DNA of 64,000 nucleotides, taken from Eledone cirrhosa. Its lineage: Eukaryota. Of the stretch, positions 38,076 through 53,511 are shown one piece after another; within the stretch, counting starts at the first letter, position 1; every line of letters starts with the position of its first letter. The stretch is from assembly GCA_964016885.1 (NCBI GenBank), contig OZ024760.1, positions 2,728,001 through 2,792,000 of the forward strand, read 5' to 3'. The position numbers and the translations under genes are program-made. The notes beneath the pieces were generated by a model, which was not told the DNA's origin, did not search any database, and saw only the letters and a list, made by a program, of their open reading frames with translations.

Positions 38076-41012
38076 GTAAAACCTACTACAGTCAGTAGGC
38101 ATCTCTATCAAAACACCCCCCCATCCCACCACCTCCACCCCATCCACACCGCCCCTTTCAATGTACAGTTATGTTGGTGCCACAACATCCAGGCCGAAAC
38201 AAATGAGATCGTGTAGGTGTCACGACAAAAAACACACAGTCCACGCTGTAATGTGGCCATGTAGGTAACACGGTAAAAACCTCCCAGCCCCACACTGTAA
38301 ATAAGGTTGGTGTTAGGAAGGGCATCCAGCTGTAGAAAACCCGCCAGACAGTCCACGCTGTAATGTGGCCGTGTAGGCAACACGGTAAAAACCTCCCAGC
38401 CCCACACTGTAAATGTGGTTGGTGTTAGGAAGGGCATCCAGCTGTAGAAAACCCGCCAGACAGTCCTATGCGAGCAAGACAACCACTCTTGCCTCAAGTG
38501 GGAAAACCCCGTCCAAACCCATGCAAGCGTGGAACACGGACGTTAAACGTTGATGATGATGATGATGATGAAACACACATATATATATAAACAAACATAT
38601 ATATAAACACACATATATATAAACACATATATATATATGCATATACATGCATACATGCACATATATATACAGACATATACATACATACATACATACCAAC
38701 ATACACACATACATGCATGCATTCAGATAGCCACACACATACACTCATACATATACACACACAAATATACATACATACATACATACATATATACATACAT
38801 ACACAGATACATACAAACACACACACTACCATACACACCTATATGCATACATACATGCATGGTGGCTGCCAACTCGCTTTCGAGTACGGCCACTACCTTA
38901 CATCCATGTAAGAGAAGCCCACCGATGCGCTGAACAAGTGTGACTTTTTAGTCCAGCCAGCGACTTGAAAACTCTGGTACTAACACTACACTTGTGACAA
39001 TTATTGACACATAGTGCTGGGCCCATGGTACCATGTGACGACAAGTGCAGAGAGATCTCCAGATATAAAGCAATGCCTGTGCCGTGAAGCTTTTATAGTG
39101 AGCAAAGGCACTGCACAAAGCCAGTCCCACTCTCTTAACCAAGATGATATTTACCAAAAAGAAGAACAAGTCAACATCATTGGATACCATCAGGGTTGCA
39201 GGTGTTATATCAGAGTTTTCCTTCTCCTAGAATTCTGCCTTGACAAAGGCTAAGGGGTCATCTCTCCCGGTGATTTTGGATGGCCATTGACTCTTTACAG
39301 CTCCTTTGCCCTTTGACAGGTTTTGTTTTTAGTCCTGCAGGATGTCCAAAGTCACCCTCCTCACCAAGAAACCTTGGTGGGGTTGCCAGTTTAGTCGCCA
39401 AGGACCATGGGACATACATACATATATACATACATACATACATATATACATACACACATACATATATATATATACACACATACATACATACATATATATA
39501 CATACATATACATACACATACATATACACACACACATACATACATATATACATACATACATACAAACGAGGAAGAATATATTGAGACAGATGGCACTAAG
39601 GAATACTGGTGGAACCTGAAAATAAAAACTGCCACCAACATACATGCATACATACATACATACATACATGTAGACATACATACATATATAGACATGATGG
39701 TAGATGCCCCCTCGTTGCCACCAACATACATGCATACATACATACAAGTAGACATACATATATACAGACATGATGATGGCTGCCCCCTCGTTATCGAGTA
39801 TGGCCATTGCACGAAGAGAAAAAAAAAAAATAATAATAATAAATAAATAAAAAAGAAAAGAAAATTAAAAAAAAAGAAATATATATATATATATACACAC
39901 ACATACATACATACATACACACATATATATATATACATACACACATATTAATAACAATAATAATAATAACAATAATAATAATAACGACAATAATAATAAT
40001 GACAACAACAACAATAATAATATACATATATATACACACACACGCACACACAAACATATCTATACACACACACACACGATAGCAACTAACAGTGCAGCGA
40101 TCGAATGTGGCTTTTTAGCCCAGCCAATGATCTAAAATGTCTTGCACAGAGTCGGCAACCAAAACATTCACTGGGAATAGCCGGCTGTGGTTGGAGTTTG
40201 TGTACTTTTGCATGTCGCTTGAGTCCTCCTGCTGATTTACATTCTCTACCACATGTTTGGCAAGCATGATGAGTAGCATCTCCAACAGCAGCCTGGTAGT
40301 CAACCACATACAGACATACAGACATACATACATACATACATACTCTCTAGTCCCAAATAATACTGCCAAGCTTTGCCTTTCATCCTTATGTATAAAACAA
40401 TTAAGATAACTGTTTCTACTTTTGGCACAAGGCCGGCAATTATCCCAGTGCATTACTGGTACTTTATTTTTTCGACCCCCGTAAGGATGAGTTAACCTCG
40501 GCGGGATTTGAACTCAGACCATAAAGGGCCGTAACTCTATGCTGCAAAGCATGGCGTCCGACCCTCTACTGATACTGCCAATTCATTGCCCAATCTAGTC
40601 CCAAATAATAGGGGTGGGTTGGACTTTTGCTTAAATTCTTATAAGTGGGGGAGGGGGTAAACAGGGTGTTGGTGAAAATGGTAATTGTATAGAATACATT
40701 CGTAATTATGGGATTTCTTAAAATGTTCTGTTTTTGTCATATATAATGTTTTTTAATGTAAAATAAAATCATTGTTAGATTCTCCCGCCGAGGTTAACTT
40801 TGCTTTTCATCCTTATGGCGTCGATAAAATATAGTACCAGTAATGTACTGAGGTTGATTTAATTGACTTTCGCCTTCCCCAAAATTGTATATATACACAC
40901 GAATATATGCAGACATACAACTCCTCACACATATATACTCTCATACCCATGTATATACTCATGTATATACTCATATACATATATACTCACACATCTTTAT
41001 ATACACTCACAT

Positions 41013-41065
<53 letters not shown>

Positions 41066-42799
41066 TAGTCACACAAATGCACACAAAAATATATACTCAC
41101 ACACACATATATATATATACTCTCACACACATATATACTCTCACACACATATTTTTACTCACACACACATATACTCTCACACACATATATACTCTCACAC
41201 ACATATATACTCTCACACACATATTTACTCACACACATATATTTACTCACACACACATATATATATACTCTCACACATATATACACACACACACATATAT
41301 ATACTCACACACACACACATATACTCACATATATACACACACATATATACTCTCACACACAGTTTTAAGACAATTTCTTCACATTGCTATGCAGTATGTT
41401 TTGTTTTTTTTCTTATATATATAATAAATACTTTTCTTCTCAAATCAAGAAACTCGTTTCTCTATCTCAAACAATTCCTTCCATTTTCTCCATTGCATTT
41501 ACCAAACTTTCTTTTGTCTAAAGTTAATTGCACAGAACACATACATATGCTGCACAACATTGCATTCTGCAACCTCATTCTTCTGAAAACCGCTGCAAGG
41601 CAGAAATATTTTAATAGCTCCTTCAAGGTTGAAATAAAGAAGTGCTAAGTATTTTGTTCAGCTCCGACTAAAAGCTTTCTCTCTCTTTTTTTTTTTATGT
41701 GATATTAGATGAAGCATATTACATATGTACACACACTCACATCATCATCATTGATTAACATCCATCTTCCACACTAGTATGTGTTAAACAGGTCCCATTT
41801 TAGAGGCAAGTTGGGTCGGGTGACCCTGTCTCGCTCAAATAGGGGTGTTTCTGGCTGGTTTTCTATGGCTGGATGCCCTTCCTAATGCCAACCACCTTGA
41901 CAGTGTGGGCTGGGTGCTTTTTGCCATGTCTTTTACACGTCCATTTTATAGGGTGGGCTGGAGGGGGTAGGGGGTTTGGGGCCTACTGTATATATGCTTC
42001 AGCTTGTGCTCATGGTAAGTTGGGTCTTCTGTATTACCGCATATCGCCAGAGATCCCAGGCATGTGTCATCTCTTCTGAGAGGTGCAAATGGGCAAGGTC
42101 GGCTTTTATCACCTCATCCCAGGTCTTCCTGGGTCTCCCCACTCCAAGACTTCCAACGACTTTCAGCACTGCACTTTTTAATGCACTCATAGCATCCCTT
42201 TGTCATCTCTCCTGTGAGGTTCACCATTTTCAGATCAGCTCTCACAACCTCCTCCACCCAGGTCTTTCTTGGTCTTCCTCTACTGCAGTTTCCTTCCACC
42301 AATATCACCAAGCATTTCTTCACTGAGCAGTCATCCTCCATACACGTCACATTTTCAGCTGAGTATACTGGAGCAATGTGAAATGAAGTGTTTTGCTCAA
42401 GAACACAACAAACAACCTAGTCCAGGATTCAAACCCACAACATTATGATTACAAGACCAATACAGTTACCACAAGGCCACACACCTTCCTGTAGATGTGT
42501 ATTTATCTATAAACTCATTAGTATTCCAACAGTGTTAGATTCTAAATCAGTACTGAAATTTCTTAGGTTATACAATTCTATTTCGTCTATTTTGCAAAAT
42601 TAATGTAAAATATATACAATATAAATAAATAAATGAGAAGAGAGAAAAACGATGATACCACATTTTTCTAAATGCATCACAAATTATTGGGTTTCTTGCA
42701 CTATTTAAAAGCAATCTCCATTTAAATAGATTTTTGTGTGTTTTTTTTTTGTGTTTAGATTTCAATGGTTTGAGAGTCACAAAAATCAGAACCATAGAA

Positions 42800-43013
42800 A
42801 AAAATAAAAATAAATGAATATAAAAATTAAAATAAATAAATAAATATAAAAATAAATAAATGAATTAAATTAAAAATATATAAATAAAAATAGATAAAAT
42901 AAAGATAAAATAAAAATAAACAAGAATAAAAATACAAATAAATAAATAAAATACAAATAAATAAATTTAAAAAAAAAATAAATAAATAAATAAATAAAAT
43001 ATAAATAAATAAA

Positions 43014-43044
<31 letters not shown>

Positions 43045-43125
43045 AAAATAAAATAAATAAATAAAATGAATAAAAATAAACAAATAAATAAATAAAGATA
43101 AAAAAAAATGAAATAAAATAAAAAT
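42800..43125. repeat. (AAAT)n tract
   Basis: Direct reading. Confidence 0.95.
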
Positions 43126-43261
43126 CTAAAGCTCCAGGTGTCATTAACCACAGGTTGAATATGCAAACAACTGATTGATTGGATTGTATTGTATTGATTT
43201 ATTGAACACTTGCTAAAGAAAAGCAATGTCATCTCGTCCTTACTTAGTCTGTCTATTTACT

Positions 43262-44110
43262 GACATTATCATCATTGTCATAATCATCATCATAATCGTC
43301 ATCATTGTCATAATCATCATCATAATCGTCATCATTGTCATAACCATCATCATAATCGTCATCATTGTCATAATCATCATCATAACCATCATCATTGTCA
43401 TAACCATCATCATTGTCATAATCATCATCATAATCATCATCATTGTCATAACCATCATCATTGTCATAATCATCATCATAATTATCATCATTGTCATAAC
43501 CATCATCATAATCGTCATCATTGTCATAACCATCATCATAATCATCATCATTGTCATAACCATCATCATTGTCATAACCATCATCATAATCGTCATCATT
43601 GTCATAATCATCATTGTCATAACCATCATCATAATCGTCATCATTGTCATAACCATCATCATAATCGTCATCATTGTCATAACTATCATCATAATCATCA
43701 TCATTGTCATAACCATCATCATTGTCATAACCATCCTCATAATCATCATCATTGTCATAATCATCATCATTGTCATAACCATCATCATAATCGTCATCAT
43801 TGTCATAATCATCATTGTCATAACCATCATCATAATCGTCATCATTGTCATAACTATCATCATAATCATCATCATTGTCATAACCATCCTCATAATCATC
43901 ATCATTGTCATAATCATCATCATTGTCATAACCATCATCATAATCGTTATCATTGTCATAATCATCATTGTCATAACCATCATCATAATCGTCATCATTG
44001 TCATAACTATCATCATAATCGTTATAACGATCATCATAATCATCATCATTGTCATAACCATCGTCATCATTGTCATAACCATCATCATCATCGTCATCAT
44101 CGTCATCATT
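43262..44110. repeat. (ATC)n-based complex array
   Basis: Direct reading. Confidence 0.95.
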
Positions 44111-44111
44111 G

Positions 44112-44510
44112 TCGGTGTTGCTGAGGCCAGCAGACTTACCGCTGCCGAAACGTTGCTCTCAATTAGTCTGAGGTTGACTCTGTCTCGGAGACATGTCATG
44201 CGGTCGGACGTGGACTGAAGGGGCTATCGGCACTGTTGGGTAGCACGAGAGGGCCGAGAGGTTCACAAGCGGAAGGTCGCAGAAAGAAGCGATATTGCCC
44301 TTCACCCTCAAAGTCGGGGAGGGCCCTGATCTCTTACCCGCTGTTAGGTTCCCTGCCATCAAGATTCCGAGTATGAGGGTCGCAAAACTAAACAGTTTAG
44401 TCCAATCTTGCGGGCCACCCAAGTCAAGCACTCGATCGATGAACGTCGCTAGGGCTTCGACCACATCAGTGCGGACGTGAGTGCCCAGGAAATGCCGTAT
44501 GTCAATGTGG
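44112..44510 (-). pseudogene. Fragment of the pre-RT region of a CRE-like (RLE) non-LTR retrotransposon
   Basis: GC-rich island; VRTDVVEALATFIDRVL..WTKLFSFATLIL, TLRVKGNI and, after a frameshift, RVNLRLIESNVSAAVSLLAS (cf. recalled RV..KL..GDVRGAVRLLSS). Confidence 0.55.
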
Positions 44511-47500
44511 CGCCCCTACGACTCTATCAGGAATTACGAGACCATACATACATTCCTGTAACAATTCATTTTCTTAAGACATTAACAAATTATACATGAC
44601 AAAAAAAAACTTTACAAGAAATCCCATACGTTATAAAATAAATAAGATGGGCTGGGGTCTCAATACGTTAACTAAACGACTAATTGTAGTTTTTTTTAAC
44701 AAATCAACAGACAACCTAGAAAAATTACCGATTTTCCAAACTCTCCTGCTTATTTCACCCCACTCCCACCTATTCCAAATTTCCCTATTATTTGGGACCC
44801 GAGAGTACATCGTATATATATTTTTTTAACCCTTTAGCATTAGCATTATTCTCTCTCTCTCTCTATATATATATATCTAAGGCGGGTAAAATTCCCGAGA
44901 TCCATGGACGAGTTCTCTCCAGAGGTCTCTGTCCCTCATTATCGCTGCCATGTCCTGCGTCTCCAACAGACCAGTGTCTGTCCTTAGGGCATCAACATAC
45001 GTTAACATTGGTCTTCTTCTTCTAGTGTGTCCATATATATATATATATATATATCGCCCTTACCATTCTGAGTTCAAATCCCGCCGAGGTTAGCTTTGCT
45101 TTTCATCTTTACAGGGTGGATAAAATAAAGTACCAGTAATGCACTGGGATAAAAAAGTAGAAACAATTATTCTATATATACTATTGTATTTTTGTGGTAA
45201 TGGCTTTACCTCACACAATTATCTCAGATAATATTGAATCTATGAGATTTTGATGTTATTTATTTTGAGAACAATACCTAAACATCAGTATAGTATAAGC
45301 AGCCGGTTATGGTCGGATACAGCCAGTTTAAATGCTAAATGGTTAATGCTGTTATTAATAAATTTTCTTCTTGTATGACAGACAGTCATGTTCTTTATAT
45401 AAATTACGAAATATAATTGGCGAGAATATTGATCATATTTTTTAAATTCTGAACCCGTTGTTCAAAACTAATTTCTTTACAATTATACCCGTCTCCTATT
45501 TGAAGTGAAAGTTAAATTTATGTTTTTCCTGTGATTTTTGATGTATTTTGAACGAATCCAACTTTTAAAACGATTGGAAATTGTTCGTTTTTTAGTCAAC
45601 TAGGATAAAAATTTACGTTCAAAACATATTAAAAACGAGGTGGTTTAAAAAAATAATATCCGTTGAGCCGTATAGTTAACCACAATAAACGAAGAGAAAA
45701 TTATCAATTACGTTGTCAACAATGTGTACAAGTCATGTATTGTCAGTTAATAAAACGATTTAAAATATTAGTTGTTTATATTGTTTGAACAATTACTTAA
45801 TTAAGGTAATTATCGAAGTGTGACAATGATTTAGCGTTTTTTTTTTCCCCCGTTAAATTGTTTATATTCTAACCCAAAATGTATGAATTTATATTTTGTG
45901 TCATTATACACGGTTTAGACATTAAATTAGTCTTTTTAAACTAATTGCCAGCAATTTTTGGTGTTATTTACGCATTTGTTGTGTTATTTATGTATATATT
46001 TAAAAGATATTTACTACGCTATTCTTCTGTAAATTTATACAATTATGATAACATATATTTTCTGTAGCACGAAAATAGCATTTATATAACTTATTGAACA
46101 ATAATGGTAAAGAAAACAAAACAAAAAAGGGTCCCTCCCCCCTCACATCCTATTTATTTTAAGAACAATACCTTAACATTAGTATGAGCAGCCGGTTAAC
46201 TAAAAGTTAACCCCTGAGGTGGTCGTACTTGGTGGTAAATTGCCTCCCACACACCTTTTTTGCTTTATCATTATTGTACAATGAGTTATATAAATGCCAT
46301 TTTCAAATAAAATTAATCTACTGTAACATAATTTCTGTTTATTGTATTGTTACAATATAATAAATATTTAGTTATTAATATAGACATATTCTTATGTAAC
46401 CTACTTACCTTCTATTTTAGCTGAAAATGGTAGGTAAAATCCATATAAACAGTTATTAACTATGTCTAATATATCGTAGCTGACAAACTACAGCTGCCAT
46501 CTTTAATGAAAGAACCTGTTGTTGTTTAATCCTAGGTCAGATAACGTAACTACAGTTTAGTGACCCCAACAGACTTTATTTCATCATAACTTTCTTAATA
46601 ATGAAGATATTTTAATGAAATTTTGCAGACATACAATTTCCAACGCATATATTACCATTACATTGATGAATTATAACAATATTTATTTTTCGCAGTTGTT
46701 AATGTTAGAAATGGTATTGTGTTGCTGCAAAAAATCTATGACATTATCCAGATTGAAATTCTTCATCATAAACATGAAATTAGAAGGTATAATGAACAAA
46801 TTTCCGAATTTGGTCTGCTACCAACACTAAGCGAACGTATTCAGTAAGTGAAAGCATTCAATATTAAATTTTTTTTATTTTTTTTTTGTCTTTCGTCCTT
46901 AAGAGATCATCATCATCACCGTTTTACGTCCGTTCTTCCACGCTAGCATGGGTTAGACGGGTTGTCCTGTTGTGGGCAGTGTCCAGTTGGCTGACCTTGT
47001 CTTGCTCATACAGGAACTGATTCTGGCTTGATTTCTACAGCTGGATGCCCTTCCTAACACCAACCTCATTTACAGTGAGTGCTGGGTGCTTTTTTTCCGT
47101 GGCGCCTACACATCCACTTTACCGTGTGGGCTGGGTGCTTTTTTTCAGTGAGAGGGGTGCATATTGTCTATATGCTTCAGCTTCAGCTTGTTCCCATGGG
47201 AATTTGGGTCTTCTGTATTACTCTGTGATGCCAGAGGTCACGGTCGTGTGTCATCGCCCTTGAAAGGTGCAATTGGGTAAGGTCGGCATTTATCACCTCA
47301 TCCCAGGTCTTCTTAGGTCTCTCCACTCCGCGGTTTCCATAAACTTCTAGTGCTCTGCACCTTTTTATGCAGCTGTCTTCCTTCATACGCATCGCATGTC
47401 CATACCAACGCAACCTCCTCTCCTGCACACAGCATTTGATTCCTCTTATGTTCAGTCTCTCTCTCAATTCATTCATGCTTTGTCGTTCGCGTATATTACT

Positions 47501-48509
47501 ATTACACATCCATCAGAGCATGCAAGCTTCGTTTCTTTCTAATCTACGCAAGTCTTCTACAGACAGCGCCCACTACCATGTAACATTGCTGTTCGTATAC
47601 ACACATCATACAGTCTGCCTTTATAAAATACATTTTATTTTGCTTTTACAATCGTTGAATTTTTAGATGCAAATCTAAACTTGCAATAATTGATAATAAA
47701 TATATAAGATTAACCCTTTAGCATTTAAACCGGCCATAACCGCCAGAATTCTCTCACCTCTTTCTGTTCAAACTGGCTGTAACCGGCTCCTCATACTCAT
47801 GTTAAGGTATTGTTATCAAAATAAATGATATCAAACTCTCATAGATTCAATATTATGTGAGATAAAGCCTTTACTGTGAAAATACAATAGTATATATATA
47901 GAGTAATGTAAATGTTAAAGGGTTAAACAGAAATACATACACATAATCAATTAATTATTGATAGGAATCTTTTGAATGTACTGGTTTCTGATTTAGGCAC
48001 AAGGCCAACTATTTGGGGGGAAGTGAAAGGTGATTAAATTGACCCCAGTGCATTACTGGTACTTTATTTTATCAACCACGTAAGGATGAAAGGCAAAGTT
48101 AACTTTGGCAGGATTTCAACTTAGAACGTAAAGGGACATAACTATATGCTGCAAAACATGGTGTCCAACACTCTACCAATCCACTGCACAAAAATATATA
48201 ATCAAAGTGAGTAAAAAGGAGGAAAAAACTTCCCTTAGTTCAACACTTAAGGCATTAATCAGTTACACACCACAAGGGTCATTGGAAATTTTAAAGGCAA
48301 GCCAACATGCTCACAACATTACTGCAGGTGATAGCGAGGCAAAGGTGCTGAAACAACCAAGCACCCTCACAGGCCTCACCTGACACCTTATAATGATGAC
48401 AAGAACTTTGCTGTCAGAGCCTATATTATCTAAATTACATCCACATACTCGTAATTTACATCACAAAAAAAATGTATCTCAGGAAATTTTCATTTAAAAT
48501 TGGAACAAA

Positions 48510-49012
48510 TACCAGCCTGATGCGCATCCAGGCTTGAGACAAAATTTAAATCTGCGATCGACTGTTGTCCTGTCCAGAGGGGTGTCTTGTACTCTCAGTC
48601 ACTTCACACCATGAAATCAGGATAAACACCAGCCTGATGAGAATCCAGGCTTGAGAGAGACTTTAAATCTGCGATGGACTGTTGTCCTGTCCAGAGGGGT
48701 GTCTTGTACTCTCAGTCACTTCACACCATGAAATCGGGATAAACACCAGCCTGATGAGAATCCAGGCTTGAGAGAGACTTTAAATCTGCAATGGACTGTT
48801 GTCCTGTCCAGAGGGGTGTCTTGTACTCTCAGTCGCTTCACACCATGAAAGCACCAGCCTCAAGAAAATCCAGGCTTGAGAGAGACTTTAATACTATGAT
48901 GAACTGATGTCCTGTCCAGGGGCGTGTCTTGTACTCTTAGTCGCTTCACGCCATGAGATCGTGATAAGTACCGGTCTGATGAGAATCCAGGCTCGAGACA
49001 GACTTTAGACTG
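48510..49012 (+). repeat. ~117-bp tandem repeat (~4.3 units) derived from a SINE 3' region
   Basis: The unit matches the reverse complement of 56860-56950. Confidence 0.8.
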
Positions 49013-50319
49013 GAAGTTGATTTAACTCTTTAGCATTTACATTATTCTATATATTCTATTGTATTTTTAGAGTAGAGGCTTTACTTTAAATAATTATCTC
49101 ACATGGTATTGAATCTATGAGATTTCAATTATCATCATCATCATCATTTTACGTCCACTTTTCCCTGCTTGCAATGGTGGGACGGCTCCTATTCAGCACA
49201 GCATCTCTCCATTCGTCACGGTCCTTCGTCATGTGAGCTTCAACAATCTAAGGTCAGCTCTCACCTCCTCTGCCCATGATTTTTGTGGTCTTCCTCTACT
49301 ATGTCTTCCTCCCACTGGGATTTCTTGGCACTTCTTTACTCAGCGGTCATCCTCTAAGCACATCACATGTCCATATCAATAATATTATTTATTTTGAGAA
49401 CAATACCTTTATGTAGGTATGAGTGGCTAGTTTGAACTGAAAGAGGTGAGAGAATTCTGGCTGGATACGGCTGGTTTAAATGCTAAGGGGTTAATCAACA
49501 ACCCCGCCCACACACACACACATTGCTGGACTTGTATCTAAACCAGAAACCGTTATAGATTAGTAAACTAAATTTTAAGACTTCCATTGATATAAATTTC
49601 AGAGGAAGGGGAACTAATCAAATTGTCACATTAAATTTTTGAAAAATATTGATTTTTAGGTAAAATTTCAAAAAAAAAGAAAAGAAAAGAAAAAGAAACC
49701 TGAAAAATAATTAATGAGAAGTTTAAAAATAATATTAATTAATTATTTCAAACAACAACAACAACAAAATAAATTACAAGATGGAAATATAACTTTAATT
49801 GGATGGATACATCAGAAAATATAAACTGATAGTTTGGCATGAAGAAATGAAAAGATAAAATTTTAAATATAATTTTAGTTTACTTTTGAGTTTTTTTCAT
49901 TCAATTGCAAATAATAATAATAAAAATAATAATGTTTCTACTTTTGGCACAAGACCAGCAATTACCCCAGTGCATTGCTGGTACTTTATTTTATCGACCC
50001 TGTAAGGATGAAAGGCAAAGTTAACCTCAGCAGGATTTGAACTCAGATTGTAAATGGTCGTAACCCCATGCCATACAGCATGTTGTCTGATGTTCTTCTA
50101 ATACTGCCAATCACTGGATAATAATAATTGTTTCTACTTTTGGCACAAGGCCAGCAATTATCCCAGTGTATTACTGGTACTTTATTTTATCGACCCCGTA
50201 AGGATGAAAGGAAAAGTTAACCTCGGCGGGATTTGCTACCACCATAATAATGGTTTCTTTATTGGCCACAAGGGCTAACATGAAAATTTCCTGAGACACA
50301 TTTTTTTCATGATGTAGAT

Positions 50320-51927
50320 TACCAAACAGAAGAAAACTGCCTGCCCTTCCCATCCTGATATTAGACATGTCAAAGAGACAGGTCCACCACACAACCTCCT
50401 TCACTACTGTCACCAAACAGAGGGAAACTGCCTGCCCTTCCCAGCCTGATATTAGACATGTCAAAGAGACAGGTCCACCACACAACCTCCTTCACTACTG
50501 TCACCAAACAGAAGAAAACTGCCTGCCCTTCCCAGCCTGATATTAGACATGTCAAAGAGACAGGTCCACCACACAACCTCTTTCACTACTGTCACCAAAC
50601 AGAGGGAAACTGCCTGCCCTTCCCAGCCTGATATTAGACATGTCAAAGAGACAGGTCCACCACACAACCTCCTTCACTACTGTCACCAAACAGAGGAAAA
50701 CTGCCTGCCCTTCCCAGCCTGATATTAGACATGTCAAAGAGACAGGTCCACCACACAACCTCCTTCACTACTGTCACCAAACAGAGGAAAACTGCCTGCC
50801 CTTCCCAGCCTGATATTAGACATGTCAAAGAGACAGGTCCACCACACAACCTCCTTCACTACTGTCACCAAACAGAGGAAAACTGCCTGCCCTTCCCAGC
50901 CTGATATTAGACATGTCAAAGAGACAGGTCCACCACACAACCTCCTTCACTACTGTCACCAAACAGAGGAAAACTGCCTGCCCTTCCCAGCCTGATATTA
51001 GACATGTCAAAGAGACAGGTCCACCACACAACCTCTTTCACTACTGTCACCAAACAGAGGAAAACTGCCTGCCCTTCCCAGCCTGATATTAGACATGTCA
51101 AAGAGACAGGTCCACCACACAACCTCCTTCACTACTGTCACCAAACAGAGGAAAACTGCCGGCCCTTCCCAGCCTGATATTAGACATGTCAAAGAGACTG
51201 GTCCACCACACAACCTCCTTCACTACTGTCACCAAACAGAATAAAACTGCCTGCTCTTCCCAGCCTGATATTAGACATGTCAAAGAGACTGGTCCACCAC
51301 ACAACCTCCTTCACTACTGTCACCAAACAGAATAAAACTGCCTGCTCTTCCCAGCCTGATATTAGACATGTCAAAGAGACAGGTCCACTACACAACCTCT
51401 TTCACTACTGTCACCAAACAGAGGAAAACTGCCTGCCCTTCCCAGCCTGATATTAGACATGTCAAAGAGACAGGTCCACCACACAACCTCCTTCACTACT
51501 GTCACCAAACAGAGGAACACTGCCTGCCCTTCCCAGCCTGATATTAGACATGTCAAAGAGACTGGTCCACCACACAACCTCCTTCACTACTGACACCAAA
51601 CAGAGGAAAACTGCCTGCCCTTCCCAGCCTGATATTAGACATGTCAAAGAGTCTGGTCCACCACACAACCTCCTTCACTACTGTAACCAAACAGAAGGAA
51701 ACTGCCTGCCCTTCCCAGCCTGATATTAGACATGTCAAAGAGACAGGTCCACCACACAGCCTCCTTCACTACTGTCACCAATCAGAGGAAAACAGCCTGC
51801 CCTTCCCAGCCTGATATTAGACATGTCAAAGAGACAGGTCCACCACACAACCTCCTTCACTACTGTCACCAAACACAGGAAAACTGCCTGCCCTTCCCAG
51901 CCTGATATTAGACATGTCAAGGAGACA
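50320..51927. repeat. 91-bp satellite, ~17.5 units, highly homogeneous
   Basis: ORF track shows an exact 91-bp period. Confidence 0.97.
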
Positions 51928-52347
51928 TGACTGGCCCATACTGACCATAGTTCTCCCAGTCCTATGATACGATCGAAATAATTATTCTGATTATTAACCT
52001 CGTTATGTGTTCTAATGCTAATTACATTCTCGTTACATAATGCCTGAGGGTGTGAGAGGTGGGGAGAGGAGTAGATAGTTAGTTAGATAGATAGTGAGAG
52101 AGTGGAGGAGAGAGAGAGAGAGACTTAGACAGTGAGAGGGAGACATAGACAGCGACACAGAGAGAGACAGTAAGAGAGAGAGAGAGAAGATGAGAGAGAG
52201 ACAGAGATAATGGTAGGGGGAGCCACCAACAAATAGCTGAGATGAAGATACACAGTTAGATTAGAATCAGAATTTAATGGGAAGAATTGGTTTTTGTTGG
52301 AGATTTGGTTGATTTACATAGCAATTAATACGATACCATGAGTGGGT

Positions 52348-53470
52348 CATCATCATCATCACCACCAACACCACCACCACCATCACCACCAACACCACCA
52401 GCACCAACACCACCACCACCACTATCATCACAACCACCACCACCACCACCGCCACCATCACCATCATCATCATCATCATCACCACCATCACCACCAACAC
52501 CACCAGCACCAACACCACCACCACCACTATCATCACAACCACCACCACCACCACCGCCACCATCACCATCATCATCATCATCATCACCACCACTATCAAC
52601 AACATCACCACCACCATCATCATCACCACCAACACCACCACCATCATCACGATCACCACCACCACCACCAGTACCACCATCACCATCATCATCATCATCA
52701 CCACCACCACCAACAAGACCACAACCACCACCATCATCATCATCACCACCAACACCACCACCATCATCACGATCACCACCACCACCACCAGTACCACCAT
52801 CACCATCATCATCAACATCACCACCATCACCATCACCATTACCATCACCATCATCACGATCACCACCACCACCACCATTACCATCACCATCATCACGATC
52901 ACCACCACCACCATCATCATCATCAACACCACCACCACCACCAACACCAACACCACCACCACCACCATCATCACAATCACCACCACCACCAACACCACCA
53001 CCACCATCACCATCATCATCACCACCACCACCACCATCATCACAATCACCACCACCACCAGTACCACCACCACCACCATCACCATCACCACCACCAACAC
53101 CACCACCACCACCATCATCACAATCACCACCACCACCAGTACCATCACCACCAACACCACCACCACCACCACCATCACCATCATCATCATCACCACCACC
53201 ATCATCACGATCACCACCACCACCAGTACCACCACCACCACCATCATCATCATCACCACCAACACCACCACCACCGCCATCACCATCACCATCATCACAA
53301 TCACCACCACCACCAGTACCACTATCACCATCATCATCATCACCACCACTACCACCACCATCACCATCATCATCATCATCATCCCGATCACCACCACCAC
53401 CAGTACCAACATCACCATCATCATCATCATCACCACCATCACCACCAACACCATCACCACCACAATCACC
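52348..53470. repeat. (CAC/CAT)n array
   Basis: Direct reading. Confidence 0.95.
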
Positions 53471-53511
53471 ATTTTCACATGTATGTATGTATTTATGTAT
53501 GAATGTATGTA

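Noticed and set aside
45350-46860. AT-rich unique region with DNA-transposon-like phrases
   Set aside because: No TIR pair or ORF could be established by eye
50320-51927. CRISPR-like array or repeated 68-aa ORFs
   Set aside because: No unique spacers, no cas genes, eukaryotic context
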